Shown here piece after piece: positions 27,315-36,809 of a stretch of DNA of 64,000 nt (the stretch's first letter is position 1; each line of letters starts with the position of its first letter). A program made the position numbers and the translations under genes. Under the pieces are notes generated by a model. The model saw only the letters and a list, made by a program, of their open reading frames with translations. It made no database searches and was not told where the DNA came from. The stretch spans positions 1-64,000 of the forward strand of contig JAPDJH010000004.1 of the NCBI GenBank assembly GCA_029259175.1, in the 5' to 3' direction. The stretch is from Hadesarchaea archaeon (GTDB lineage: Archaea > Hadarchaeota > Hadarchaeia > Hadarchaeales > Hadarchaeaceae).

Positions 27315-28496
27315 CTACTCTCTCCCCAGCAGCAGCCTCATAAACTCCGGCCCCTCCACAAATCCCAGCGACCCCTGCGCACCCGCCCGCTCACAAAACG
27401 CCAGCCCGTCTCCTCTCTCTCCCGGCCTGTAAATCACGAAAGGAATCGGATCCGATGTGTGAACTTTTTTCGAAACGGGCGTCGGGTGATCCGGCAGCAC
27501 CGCAATCGTGCACCCCTCGGCCCGCTCAACTATCGGACCCACCAATCTGCGATCGAACTCCTCGAGCACGCGCACCTTCCGCTCGGCACTCCCCTCGTGA
27601 CCCGCCTCGTCCGGCGCTTCAACGTGCACGTACACCAGATCATTTCTTTCCAGAGCCTTGAGCGCGTGATCGGCCTTCCCCTCGTAGTTGGTGTCGTAGT
27701 AGCCCGTGGCCCCGGGCACGTCAACGATTTCCATTCCCGCATAAACACCTATCCCCTTGATCAGCAGAACCGCGGAAATCATCGCCCCCTGGATTCCGTA
27801 CCGCCGCTCAAAGGGCTCGAGCCGCGGCCTTGGACCAGGACTCCACAACCATATCATGTTGGCCGGTCTCTTCCCTTCCTCCCTCCTGCGCCGGTTCACC
27901 GGGTGCTCCGAGAGCACGTCCCGCGACCGCAGCATCAGCTCGTTCAACCGCTTTCCGAGCCCACCCGCCTCTGGCGGTATGAGGTGTTCATCTATCGCCT
28001 CCCCCACTATGTTGTGCGGTGGCGTGCACCCAAGCGTAATCTCGGCACCGCGAACCACGAAGATATGTCTGTAGCTCACCCCGACAAAGAACTCTCCAAC
28101 CCCCAGCTTCGCAACCTCTCGGAGGAGCTCCCTGGCCTCTCCCGTGCTCACGTGCCCCGCCGAATAGTCCACCATCCGTCCGCCCTCCACCGTCACCAGA
28201 TTGCACCTGAAAGCCACATCGCGCTCGCCCAGCCGGACACCCATCGCCCCCGCCTCCAGCGGTCCGCGTCCCGTGTAGTACCGCCTCGGATCGTATCCCA
28301 GAATCGAGAGATTGGCAATCGAGGAATCCGGCTCCATCCCCTCCGGAATCGTTTTTAACATCCCCATTCTCCCATGCCCTGCAAGCCAATCCATATTGGG
28401 AGTGTCGGCGGCCTCGAGGGGTGTTCGGCCACCCAGCTCCTCAACCGGATAATCAGCCATTCCGTCCCCAACGATCACTACGTACTTCACCCGCAT
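27315..28496 (-). CDS. apgM: Cofactor-independent phosphoglycerate mutase (ApgM family)
   Basis: IVGDGMAD, TPLEAADTPNMD, GRGPLEA, HVEAPDEAGH, PDHPTP, HTSDPIP; start ATG 28496. Confidence 0.92.
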   Translation of the reverse strand: MRVKYVVIVGDGMADYPVEELGGRTPLEAADTPNMDWLAGHGRMGMLKTIPEGMEPDSSIANLSILGYDPRRYYTGRGPLEAGAMGVRLGERDVAFRCNLVTVEGGRMVDYSAGHVSTGEARELLREVAKLGVGEFFVGVSYRHIFVVRGAEITLGCTPPHNIVGEAIDEHLIPPEAGGLGKRLNELMLRSRDVLSEHPVNRRRREEGKRPANMIWLWSPGPRPRLEPFERRYGIQGAMISAVLLIKGIGVYAGMEIVDVPGATGYYDTNYEGKADHALKALERNDLVYVHVEAPDEAGHEGSAERKVRVLEEFDRRLVGPIVERAEGCTIAVLPDHPTPVSKKVHTSDPIPFVIYRPGERGDGLAFCERAGAQGSLGFVEGPEFMRLLLGRE

Positions 28497-29341
28497 CACC
28501 TGAAAACCAATATTTCTTCTTCGTAGCGCCTGCCCTCCCACACCGACCCGGGCGGCAGGCGTTCCACCCGCCGGTTGCTGAGCCGTTCCTCAAACATGCG
28601 ATTGACTTCGTCGAGCGGAATGGTGTCGTAAAGCCATTCCAGAGGCACACCTATGTTCACGGGACGCGCCGGAACCATGTGTCGAGTCGTCTTGTGAGCA
28701 AACACGTGGCCCGCGAGCGCCAGCTGCAACACCTCCTCTTTTTTCACGCACGGAACCATCAGCACCCCCGTCTCACCCACCCTTCGCTCAGCATCCTCCT
28801 CGTGCTCATAGCTGATCTCCGCACCCTCCTCGCGCAGCGCCAGCTCCAACCGCTTCACCCACGTATATGCCTCGAGCACATCGCCTTTCCGACCTCCCTG
28901 CACCATCAGACATCCTGAGACCGTGCGGTACGCCGCAATTATCTCTCTCCGCTCCAGCGCTTCCTTGGCCTCCGCTGGCGAAGACGACAGGACCTTTAGA
29001 CCCAACAGCCGAACTATCTCGACGAATTTCTCCTCGCCAATCCCCTTGACCACCCGATACCAGCACCCCACCTTTATCGCTGGGTGCCGGTAGTCCACCT
29101 CGCACACGGGCAGGCGCGTACACCCCAACTTCTCCAATGCGGCAACGCGGTGCATCCCGTCCAGCACCACCAGCGAGCGCTCATCCACGAGCACCGGATC
29201 CTTGACCGCATTGTTCTGCTTTATGTCCGCGATCAGCTGCTCGAGGAGCTCCGGAACTATCTCCTCGTGAATCAGCACGTCCCCTATCTCCAATATCCTC
29301 AGCTTTAGCGCAAGCCCAGCCGTCCTGAACTCGAAAACCAA
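28496..29341 (-). CDS. ParB/Srx-domain protein, SerK/SbnI-like kinase candidate
   Basis: IHEEIVPE, VLDGMHRVAAL, KTTRH; start uncertain (TTG 29341 chosen). Confidence 0.75.
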   Translation of the reverse strand: MVFEFRTAGLALKLRILEIGDVLIHEEIVPELLEQLIADIKQNNAVKDPVLVDERSLVVLDGMHRVAALEKLGCTRLPVCEVDYRHPAIKVGCWYRVVKGIGEEKFVEIVRLLGLKVLSSSPAEAKEALERREIIAAYRTVSGCLMVQGGRKGDVLEAYTWVKRLELALREEGAEISYEHEEDAERRVGETGVLMVPCVKKEEVLQLALAGHVFAHKTTRHMVPARPVNIGVPLEWLYDTIPLDEVNRMFEERLSNRRVERLPPGSVWEGRRYEEEILVFR

Positions 29342-29448
29342 ATGTACCAGCCGTAAGTATGTGGAATTGAAAGAAAAAAATGTTGCTCCACGGAGATTTT
29401 CGAATACGTTAAAAAAAAATTTAAGACCGCGAGTCCCCATAGGTAGAC

Positions 29449-29545
29449 TGGGAGAGGGTCAGTGCCCCCTAGAGGGGCAGTTGGCATGCACTCACCATTG
29501 CCCCGAGGGGCTCAGAGTGCCAACCGTTCATCATCCCCTCTCCCA
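29449..29545 (-). ncRNA. Box C/D sRNA
   Basis: On -: 10-bp terminal stem, box C ATGATGA (29528-29534), D' CTGA (29512-29515), C' ATGGTGA (29492-29498), D CTGA (29459-29462). Confidence 0.8.
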
Positions 29546-29594
29546 CGCCTCATCCACACGGCTCGGCGCGGTCTCTTACCGAGGACTCACGGCC

Positions 29595-30524
29595 TCAGTC
29601 CCTCACGCCCGCCTCCGTTATCCTGAACGTCGCACTCTCGGGCGGCAAACACGGGTGGTCGACCAACTTCGCGATCCGCAGGTTTTCTCTGGCCTTGCGC
29701 AGATAGATCCGGGCAGTCATAGCATGGCCGAGCACATGCCCTCCTATTGGCCTCGTCGGATCACCGAAAAGCACATCCGGCCGCGCCTGCACCTGATTGG
29801 TCACCAGCACCGCCACATCGTATAGCTCCGCCACCCGGTGAAGGGCTGCGAGGTGCTTGCCCAGCTTCTGCTGCCGCTCCGCAAGCATTCCGCGGCCGCA
29901 GTACTCTGCTCGGAAAAGAGCCGTCACCGAGTCCACCACCAACACCCGCGCTTTGTGCTTCTCCACCAGCCTGTCCGCCCGCTCCACCAGCAGCATCTGG
30001 TGGTCAGTCGTGTGCGCCCGAGCCACACAAATGCGCTCCAGAACCTCTCTAGGATCCAAGCCCAAGGCTGTGGCCATCTGCGCTACTCGCTCCGGCCGGA
30101 AGGTATTCTCCGTGTCCACGAAAATCGCTCCTCCTCCCAGTCCTCCCTGCTCCAGCGGTAGCTGAACGTTGACCACCACCTGATGTGCGAGCTGCGACTT
30201 CCCGCTCCCGAACTCGCCGAAAACTTCTGTAACACCGTCCGTCTCGATGCCCCCACCCAGCAACTTATCCAAATTGGAGCTGCCCGTGGTCACACGCCCC
30301 ACGCACTGGCGGCGCTCATAGAGGACGCTGGCAAGCTCATAATCCAGCTTGGCTGCCTCCCGCGCGGACTGGATGATGCGAATGGCCGTGTTAAACCCGA
30401 TCCCTGCAGAGCCCGCTAGCTCACTCGCGGTCACCGTCGCAAGCCTCAAGGGGGTATCAAATCCCGCTTCCCGAAGCTTCTCGGCAATTGCGGGACCAAC
30501 TCCATCCAACTCTTCCAAATCCAT
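29595..30524 (-). CDS. radA: DNA repair and recombination protein RadA
   Basis: N-terminal Hh[41 protein letters not shown]; start ATG 30524. Confidence 0.96.
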   Translation of the reverse strand: MDLEELDGVGPAIAEKLREAGFDTPLRLATVTASELAGSAGIGFNTAIRIIQSAREAAKLDYELASVLYERRQCVGRVTTGSSNLDKLLGGGIETDGVTEVFGEFGSGKSQLAHQVVVNVQLPLEQGGLGGGAIFVDTENTFRPERVAQMATALGLDPREVLERICVARAHTTDHQMLLVERADRLVEKHKARVLVVDSVTALFRAEYCGRGMLAERQQKLGKHLAALHRVAELYDVAVLVTNQVQARPDVLFGDPTRPIGGHVLGHAMTARIYLRKARENLRIAKLVDHPCLPPESATFRITEAGVRD

Positions 30525-30644
30525 CAAAAACCACCTCCGCTTGCGTTTTTCGAGAAAGTGGTAAGCCATATCTTTAAACGTTTTCCGGGGAGAGGGGTCG
30601 GTGAAAGTAAATCGTTTTATCCGCTCAAAGCACACCCCTATGTG

Positions 30645-30860
30645 ATGGCAGAAAACGACAAATCTTTATCCGACTTGGCTCGCTTTCTCAACCAGCGCAT
30701 ACGCGTCACATCCAAGGACGGCCGAGAATTCAAGGGAGTGCTCATCAACTATGACGAGCACATGAACCTCGTGTTAAGCGACGTGGAGGCCCCGAACGGT
30801 AAAAAACACCAGCTCGTGATCATCAAAGGTGGAAACGTCTCAGATATCTCGTCTGCCTAA
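30645..30860 (+). CDS. Sm-like archaeal protein (LSm/SmAP)
   Basis: [21 protein letters not shown] Sm1 motif, IIKGGNV Sm2 motif. Confidence 0.92.
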   Translation: MAENDKSLSDLARFLNQRIRVTSKDGREFKGVLINYDEHMNLVLSDVEAPNGKKHQLVIIKGGNVSDISSA

Positions 30861-31126
30861 ATGGACTTGAGAGCCTCCGTTGTGCGCACCGCTTCGTAGA
30901 CCTTTTTCCCATAGGGGGAAAGAACAAGTCCCGACTCGCTTTTTTCCACCAATCCACGTTCCACCAACATTTCAACGAAAGCCTTGACAGACCACCACTC
31001 CGGCGCTCCAAACTTTTGCTTCAAATCCCGGAACCACATGGGCTCGTGCTCAGCGATGAGCCGAAATGCTTTCCCCCATTCCTTTTCTCCCGACTTCAAC
31101 CAGTTGATGTCCTCCGGCACCCCCAT
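30857..31126 (-). CDS. Small winged-helix protein
   Basis: LVERGLVEK...LSPYGKKVY wHTH wing pattern. Confidence 0.7.
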   Translation of the reverse strand: MGVPEDINWLKSGEKEWGKAFRLIAEHEPMWFRDLKQKFGAPEWWSVKAFVEMLVERGLVEKSESGLVLSPYGKKVYEAVRTTEALKSI

Positions 31127-31208
31127 GTTCTCGAACCCAACTAGCCTCTGGTGCTAAAAATCGTTGTGCAGAGACACGTTTAAAAGAAACAATCTTAAGA
31201 AAAATGGG

Positions 31209-31484
31209 GTGAATGCTTTGCGCGAGTGGCTGATACTGGGCCTAGCAGCTCTGTTTTTAGTTGCCTTACCTGTGTGGGCAATCAACCAGAGTGGTGTCGT
31301 CAAGCTCGCCGGTCAGATCGTCCTGACCCTCGTGCTCCTCGTGGTGCTGGGGGCAACCGGGCTCTTCGGCTACATCTGCATCAAAGCCCAAGCGAAAAAG
31401 TGGGGCATCGGGCTGTGGATAATAGCTCTGCTGTCCATTCTAGCGATCTACTGGGTGTGGTTCGGACACCTTCCACTGCTGTGA
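31209..31484 (+). CDS. Small 3-TM membrane protein
   Basis: Three hydrophobic helices; start uncertain. Confidence 0.6.
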   Translation: MNALREWLILGLAALFLVALPVWAINQSGVVKLAGQIVLTLVLLVVLGATGLFGYICIKAQAKKWGIGLWIIALLSILAIYWVWFGHLPLL

Positions 31485-31485
31485 A

Positions 31486-31971
31486 CTACCGCATTATTCC
31501 CGGCACGATCTCGTAGAGCTTGTGGAAGAGTTCCTTCAACACTTCGCTGTGATCGTATATTTTTTCCTCACCCTCCAGAGTCTTGGTGGAATAGAGGATC
31601 TGGACGGGCATTATCCGGGAGAGCACTATCGCTACCGATCCCAGCACAAGACTCATCGCCTGTGTCCCACCGCTGTAGTTGATCATCACCCGGTCATCGG
31701 GCTTCAGATTTTCCAGGATTTGCCCTAGCGCATCCCCGATCGACTCTGGGTCAAATGGGTCGCATTTATAGATATGTAGCTTGGCCTTCACCCGCTTGGC
31801 AACGTTTTTGAGAACCTCGTGATTGCTGATCTTGTAGCCTTGCTCCACCGCAACATAGCGAAGCCCGTCCTCTCCCGCAACCACGTGACACACATCGGGC
31901 TTTTTCCTCAAAATAACGAGTTCAAGCGCCCGCGGGTGCAATCCCAAGGTGAGTATCGCGATCTTTCTCAT
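31486..31971 (-). CDS. Stand-alone CARF-domain protein
   Basis: ILTLGLHP first-strand loop and INYSGGTQAMSL CARF motif II; no HTH or nuclease domain. Confidence 0.75.
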   Translation of the reverse strand: MRKIAILTLGLHPRALELVILRKKPDVCHVVAGEDGLRYVAVEQGYKISNHEVLKNVAKRVKAKLHIYKCDPFDPESIGDALGQILENLKPDDRVMINYSGGTQAMSLVLGSVAIVLSRIMPVQILYSTKTLEGEEKIYDHSEVLKELFHKLYEIVPGIMR

Positions 31972-32222
31972 TTCTCCTTTCCCCACGTCTCCAAGTTGAG
32001 CTGCTTTGCTCGCTCTTGGAGCTTCATCAAAATATAGTTTCTGGCCTGCACAGCATCGGCTTCCCCCTCCAACGAGCGACTGATCTGTTGCAACCGCTTG
32101 GATGCAAAAAGCTCAAAAGCCATCTCAACATCGGCATCGGAGAGCGGCGCATCCTTCACCTTATCTACCAGCACCTCAGACGCTTTTTCAACTATCCAGT
32201 CCAATTGCGAGAAATCTCTCAC
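31968..32222 (-). CDS. Small helical hypothetical protein coupled to the CARF gene
   Basis: ATGA overlap with the CARF start; GTG 32222 chosen as start. Confidence 0.6.
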   Translation of the reverse strand: MRDFSQLDWIVEKASEVLVDKVKDAPLSDADVEMAFELFASKRLQQISRSLEGEADAVQARNYILMKLQERAKQLNLETWGKEK

Positions 32223-32267
32223 TGAAACCCCAACTCTTTTATTCGCCAGCTTAAAAATAACCTTGCT

Positions 32268-32789
32268 ATGGACGTGTTCGAAGCAATTCACGGCAGGCGA
32301 AGTATCCGAGCCTATACGAGCGATCCAGTCCCCGAAGAAGACCTGAAACGAATTCTAGAAGCAGCGATTGCTGCCCCAAGCGCAGGAAACCGGCAACCCT
32401 GGGAATTCGTCGTTGTGCGAGATCAAGAACAAAAACACAAGCTCGCCGATGCCGCCCTGGGCCAGTCCTTCATCGAAGAGGCCCCCGTAGCAATAGTGGT
32501 GTGCGCAAACTTTCCGCGAACAGTCAGGGTTTACGGTGAACGGGCCAGAAGGCTCTACTGCATCCAAGACACTGCAGCAGCAGTTCAAAACATCCACTTG
32601 GCCGCATATGCTCTGGGATACGGAACGTGCTGGGTGGGGGCTTTCGACGACGAGCGTGTGGCGGAAGTCATCGGATGCCCCAAAGACGTCAGACCGGTAG
32701 CCATAATCCCGATCGGAAAACCCGCCGAAAAGCCTTCCGCAACACCGCGCTTGCCTCTGAACAAAGTCGTCCATCGTGAGCGCTTCTAG
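32268..32789 (+). CDS. Nitroreductase family protein
   Basis: RRSIRAY, APSAGNRQPWEF, GYGTCWVGAF. Confidence 0.95.
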   Translation: MDVFEAIHGRRSIRAYTSDPVPEEDLKRILEAAIAAPSAGNRQPWEFVVVRDQEQKHKLADAALGQSFIEEAPVAIVVCANFPRTVRVYGERARRLYCIQDTAAAVQNIHLAAYALGYGTCWVGAFDDERVAEVIGCPKDVRPVAIIPIGKPAEKPSATPRLPLNKVVHRERF

Positions 32790-33664
32790 CCGGTGCGACG
32801 CGGGCCACCGCGGGCGAGCCGGGCAACAAAGAAGTTATCTTCCACCACGTCTGATAGGGCCCTCTTCACGGCCTGAAGCTTTTCCCTTCTCACCAACGCG
32901 AATACCGCGCGCCCCAGCATGACCTGGCTGGCCCCGATAGAACCAGCGCCCTCCATAACCCGAGCAATCGATCTGAGTTCTGAGTCAAACAATCCCAGCG
33001 ACTCGGCGAAGTTCCTCGAAGCCCGCAGAAAACTTTTCGTGGATGGGGACTTCCAAACCATTTCGAATGCTTGTCTGCCAGCCGAACGACACCGGCTCAC
33101 AAAATCTTCATCCGTGAGCAAACGCCGAGTTTTGAGTCCGCCCAAAACACACACGACGACTCGAATATCTGGTGAAACCTCGAGTCGCATCCAGCGACCA
33201 TAAGGGGGGGCTCCCGGTTCGAGCGTGAGAACCAAAGAGCCCAGCGCCTGAGCCGAGACATCACCCAAACCCGTCCTGCACACGACCTCTGCGCGGTGCG
33301 CGGTTCTTACCAACTGCTCCTCGGGCAGGGGCAAACCCAAGGCGTCGGCAATGGCAAATGCGGCTCCGAGTGCTCCAGCACCGCTTGCTCCCAGACCGGC
33401 ACCTACCGGGACTTCACACCTGTGCAAAACCTGGAGTGTTGCGTCTCGCGCAAGTGTTCGGACGACTTCTAAAGTCGTCGGCGCTTTTGCTGTCTTTCCA
33501 TTAATGGTCACGCGAATCCTCCCACTCGCTTTCGCCCTGACTTCCGTAACCACTCCAACATCTAGGCACGGCCCACAATTTCGAGACCCCGTGCGCATCG
33601 GGTCTTCGTGGAAAAATGGTTCAAAGAATCCGGAGATGTGTGCTGGAACCCACCACTCGACCAT
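32786..33664 (-). CDS. Pantoate kinase (GHMP family)
   Basis: PAHISGFF, PVGAGLGASGAGAL, AHRAEV...TGLGDV, SQVMLG; next to coaBC. Confidence 0.9.
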   Translation of the reverse strand: MVEWWVPAHISGFFEPFFHEDPMRTGSRNCGPCLDVGVVTEVRAKASGRIRVTINGKTAKAPTTLEVVRTLARDATLQVLHRCEVPVGAGLGASGAGALGAAFAIADALGLPLPEEQLVRTAHRAEVVCRTGLGDVSAQALGSLVLTLEPGAPPYGRWMRLEVSPDIRVVVCVLGGLKTRRLLTDEDFVSRCRSAGRQAFEMVWKSPSTKSFLRASRNFAESLGLFDSELRSIARVMEGAGSIGASQVMLGRAVFALVRREKLQAVKRALSDVVEDNFFVARLARGGPRRTG

Positions 33665-33755
33665 ACTAACGCCCGTGTTCTCTGGTATCACCGACTAATA
33701 AACCCGCTAGAAAACAGTTGTTCTACCATTCAATCTTCTTCCGGAAGTGCGCGCT

Positions 33756-34979
33756 CTAGCGGCGGTTTTTCAACATCTGTAAAGCCAAGTCCAAGACCTC
33801 GCGGGCTATCCGCTCCTTCGACCCGCTGAGCTTCTGTTGGAGGCCGTGCGTGAGCACCACCACTTCATTCGTGTCCGTTCCGAATCCGGCCCCCGGTCTG
33901 GCCACATCATTTGCCACCACAATGTCAAGCCGGTCGCCAAGGAGCTTCTGCCTCCCAACCTGCTCGAGCTCCTCATCGCTGACTCCGTGCTCCGCCTTGA
34001 ACCCGATCAAGCAAGCATTGGGGAGTCTTTCTTTGACCCTCGCGTCCACAATCCGTGGTGCGGGCTTGAGCTTGAGCACCGTTTCCCGATCGTGGCGAAG
34101 CTTGGTCGGAGCCGGAGACTCAACGACGAAATCCTGCGGCGCTGCTGCGCTGACCACGATGTCCGGCTCGTTTTCCAGCTCCCGGTCAAACGCTTCCTTC
34201 ATCTCTCGAGTGGTCGTAACACGGATCACTTTAACTCCAGGCGGCGGTGTTTCCGTCCCGGGACCGTAGATCAAACACACATCGGCACCGCGCAGGGCTG
34301 CAACTCGTGCAAATGCCATTCCCATCTTACCCGTACTCGGGTTGGTGATGTGTTTGATCGGATCTATGGGCTCAACGGTGGGGCCAGCCGTAACAAGCAC
34401 TTTCAGTCCACGCATATCGCGAGGGCCGAGCAGAGAGACCATCCTATCGACCACCCTTTCCACCGGTGGAAACTTGGCCTTGCCTTCCTCAACCGACGGT
34501 TCGACCACCTCTATCCCCATCGCTCTGAGCTTCTCGAGATTCTCCTTCACCCCCGGGTGCTGGTACATGGAGAGGTGCATCGCCGGAACTACCGCTACCG
34601 GCTTTTTCAGACCCAGGGCGACCGAGACCACAGAAGTGACCGGAGTATCATCAATGGCATGCGCGATCTTGCCCAGCGTGTTGGCCGTTGCTGGGGCCAC
34701 GACGACCGCATCAGCCCACTGGGCCAACTCCACATGCTCGATCCGCCCGGAAAGAGAAGTGATCACCTCGTTGCCGCTCGCCCAGTGAAAGAGTTGTGGC
34801 GTCACCAACTTGGCCCCCTCCTCTGACATCACCACTCTCACTTCTGCTCCGTGTCGCATCAGCTCACGAACCAGGTCAACAGAGCGGATTGCTGCTACGC
34901 TGCCGGTGACTCCGACCACTATTTTTCGGTCGCGCAGTTCGTCACCTTTGGAGCCCACGATATCCTTAGAGGGATGCAT
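33756..34979 (-). CDS. coaBC: Phosphopantothenoylcysteine decarboxylase/synthetase
   Basis: GVTGSVAA, APATANTLGK, PAMHLSM, TAGPT.EPIDP, N.STGKMG, GFKAE. Confidence 0.96.
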   Translation of the reverse strand: MHPSKDIVGSKGDELRDRKIVVGVTGSVAAIRSVDLVRELMRHGAEVRVVMSEEGAKLVTPQLFHWASGNEVITSLSGRIEHVELAQWADAVVVAPATANTLGKIAHAIDDTPVTSVVSVALGLKKPVAVVPAMHLSMYQHPGVKENLEKLRAMGIEVVEPSVEEGKAKFPPVERVVDRMVSLLGPRDMRGLKVLVTAGPTVEPIDPIKHITNPSTGKMGMAFARVAALRGADVCLIYGPGTETPPPGVKVIRVTTTREMKEAFDRELENEPDIVVSAAAPQDFVVESPAPTKLRHDRETVLKLKPAPRIVDARVKERLPNACLIGFKAEHGVSDEELEQVGRQKLLGDRLDIVVANDVARPGAGFGTDTNEVVVLTHGLQQKLSGSKERIAREVLDLALQMLKNRR

Positions 34980-35013
34980 CAAAACAACTCGCTCATAACT
35001 CCTCTAAAAACCA

Positions 35014-35487
35014 TCACTTTTTGAGAATCTTGCCGTGCTCGTCCATCTCACCGTAGCGGATGCGTATGGCCGAAATCGGAGTTCCATCTTCGGCGAGCAC
35101 CCACGGCACCTCCACCACATGGAGCGGTTTCAATCCTTTCTCTCGCCTGCGCCTATTGATCTCCTCCGCCCCTTTACGGGTCTCGGGACTCACCACGATT
35201 GCCTCTGCTTCCGGATCCTCTGTTGCTGGACCGAGGGGATCGTTGAGGATCACGAGTTCCGTGCGCTCGAGCGCTCCCAGCTCGTTCACAAAGCTCAAAA
35301 CCGAATGCACGCGAACGGCTAGCGGACGGATTCCGGCCGAGTCTTTCCTGAGCAGCTCCTGCATCTGATCCGAACAAACGCCCACAACCACCCGCTCGCC
35401 GATCTCGAACGCCCGCTTGAGCAAAGCCCTGTGCCCGTCATGGAAGTAGTCAAATGTTCCTCCAACCATCACTTTCCGATACTTCAC
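35014..35487 (-). CDS. coaD: Phosphopantetheine adenylyltransferase (archaeal type)
   Basis: VGGTFDYFHDGH, IVVSPET, ISAIRIR. Confidence 0.92.
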   Translation of the reverse strand: MKYRKVMVGGTFDYFHDGHRALLKRAFEIGERVVVGVCSDQMQELLRKDSAGIRPLAVRVHSVLSFVNELGALERTELVILNDPLGPATEDPEAEAIVVSPETRKGAEEINRRRREKGLKPLHVVEVPWVLAEDGTPISAIRIRYGEMDEHGKILKK

Positions 35488-36809
35488 CCTAGTGCCTCCC
35501 TCCACTCCCTGCGGAGCGGTCGGTGGGTGAACCGTTTCGCTCGCTCTCCCACGTAGTCAGCCACCACGTGTCCCCTTCCGACCACCACATACTTGGTGGT
35601 GGTGAGCCCTTCTAATCCCACTGGCCCGCGTGCGTGAATCTTGGTGGTGCTTATCCCGACTTCGGCGCCAAGCCCATAACGGTACCCGTCGCTAAAGCGT
35701 GTGGACGCGTTGACCATCACGCTGGAGGAGTCCACCCCCTCCACGAACTCCAGTGCGGCTTTCTTGCTTTCCGTCACTATCGCATCTGTGTGTCCAGAGC
35801 CGTATCGGTTTATGTGATCTACAGCTTCCTGCAACGAGTTCACCACACGAACCGACACCACCAAATCCAAATACTCCGTGCGCCAGTCCTCCTCGGTCGC
35901 TGGTTTTGCCCACGGGAGAATCCGCCTAGCGCGCGGGCACCCCCGGATCTCCACCCCGGCTTGCCGGTAAAGATCGCCCAGTTTAGAAAGAAAGCGATCG
36001 GCGAGCTTCGAGTGCACCAGAATCGTTTCCACCGCGTTGCACACCGCCGGGTACTGCACCTTGGCATCGTAGCATATGCTAACGGCTTTCGAGAGATCTG
36101 CGTGTTCATCCACATACACATGGCATATACCCTCCGCGTGCCCCAGCACCGGAATCCGCGTGTTCGCCTGCACGTACTGGATAAAGGCCTTGCTCCCGCG
36201 CGGAATCAGCAAATCCACGTATTGGTCGAGCTTTAAGAGCTCCCGCACCTCCTCCCGCGCTTCTATGAGCTGGATCCAGCCGCGCGGGATACCAACGGCC
36301 TCCGTTTCTCGCTTGATGAGCTCGAAAAACGCACGATTGGAGTGGACGGCCTCTCGGCCGCCCTTCATTATCACAGCGTTCCCGGATTTGAGACACAGCG
36401 AAGCGATCTGTGGCAGCACATCGGGGCGCGCTTCAAAAACGGTTCCGATCACCCCTATGGGGCACGTGACCTTGTAGACCTCCAGCCCCTTGTCCATTTC
36501 CATTGCGTAAACCGTCTTACCTAGCGGATCTGGCAAGCGCGCTACGCTGCGCACCATTTCAGCCACGGCACGCACTTTGGACGGACTGAGCTTCAGGCGC
36601 TGTAAGGTCGCGGCGGTGAGCTCCCCCCGCTCAACCATGCGCTCGCCTTCGCGCATGTCTTTTGCGTTGGCGCGGAGCAATTGGTCCTCAGACTGCTCGA
36701 CCGCTTTAGCCACGCGCAACAGCGCGCGGTTCCTTACTTTTAGCGGAGTCTTGGCCAGCCGCAAAGCCGCTTCTCGCGCGGCCTTTGCCTTTTCCACCAC
36801 TTCCGCCAT
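35484..36809 (-). CDS. proA: Gamma-glutamyl phosphate reductase
   Basis: FEARP, KSGNA..KGG, IPRGS, CNAVET, HINRYGSGHTD, NASTRFSDG, GPVGLEGL. Confidence 0.97.
   Translation of the reverse strand: MAEVVEKAKAAREAALRLAKTPLKVRNRALLRVAKAVEQSEDQLLRANAKDMREGERMVERGELTAATLQRLKLSPSKVRAVAEMVRSVARLPDPLGKTVYAMEMDKGLEVYKVTCPIGVIGTVFEARPDVLPQIASLCLKSGNAVIMKGGREAVHSNRAFFELIKRETEAVGIPRGWIQLIEAREEVRELLKLDQYVDLLIPRGSKAFIQYVQANTRIPVLGHAEGICHVYVDEHADLSKAVSICYDAKVQYPAVCNAVETILVHSKLADRFLSKLGDLYRQAGVEIRGCPRARRILPWAKPATEEDWRTEYLDLVVSVRVVNSLQEAVDHINRYGSGHTDAIVTESKKAALEFVEGVDSSSVMVNASTRFSDGYRYGLGAEVGISTTKIHARGPVGLEGLTTTKYVVVGRGHVVADYVGERAKRFTHRPLRREWREALG

Noticed and set aside
26964-27343. ORFs with repeated DKPLS / TKVC peptides
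   Set aside because: By-products of translating the palindrome array; no independent coding evidence
4830-30524. Inteins in PolB or RadA
   Set aside because: Both have normal lengths and uninterrupted motifs
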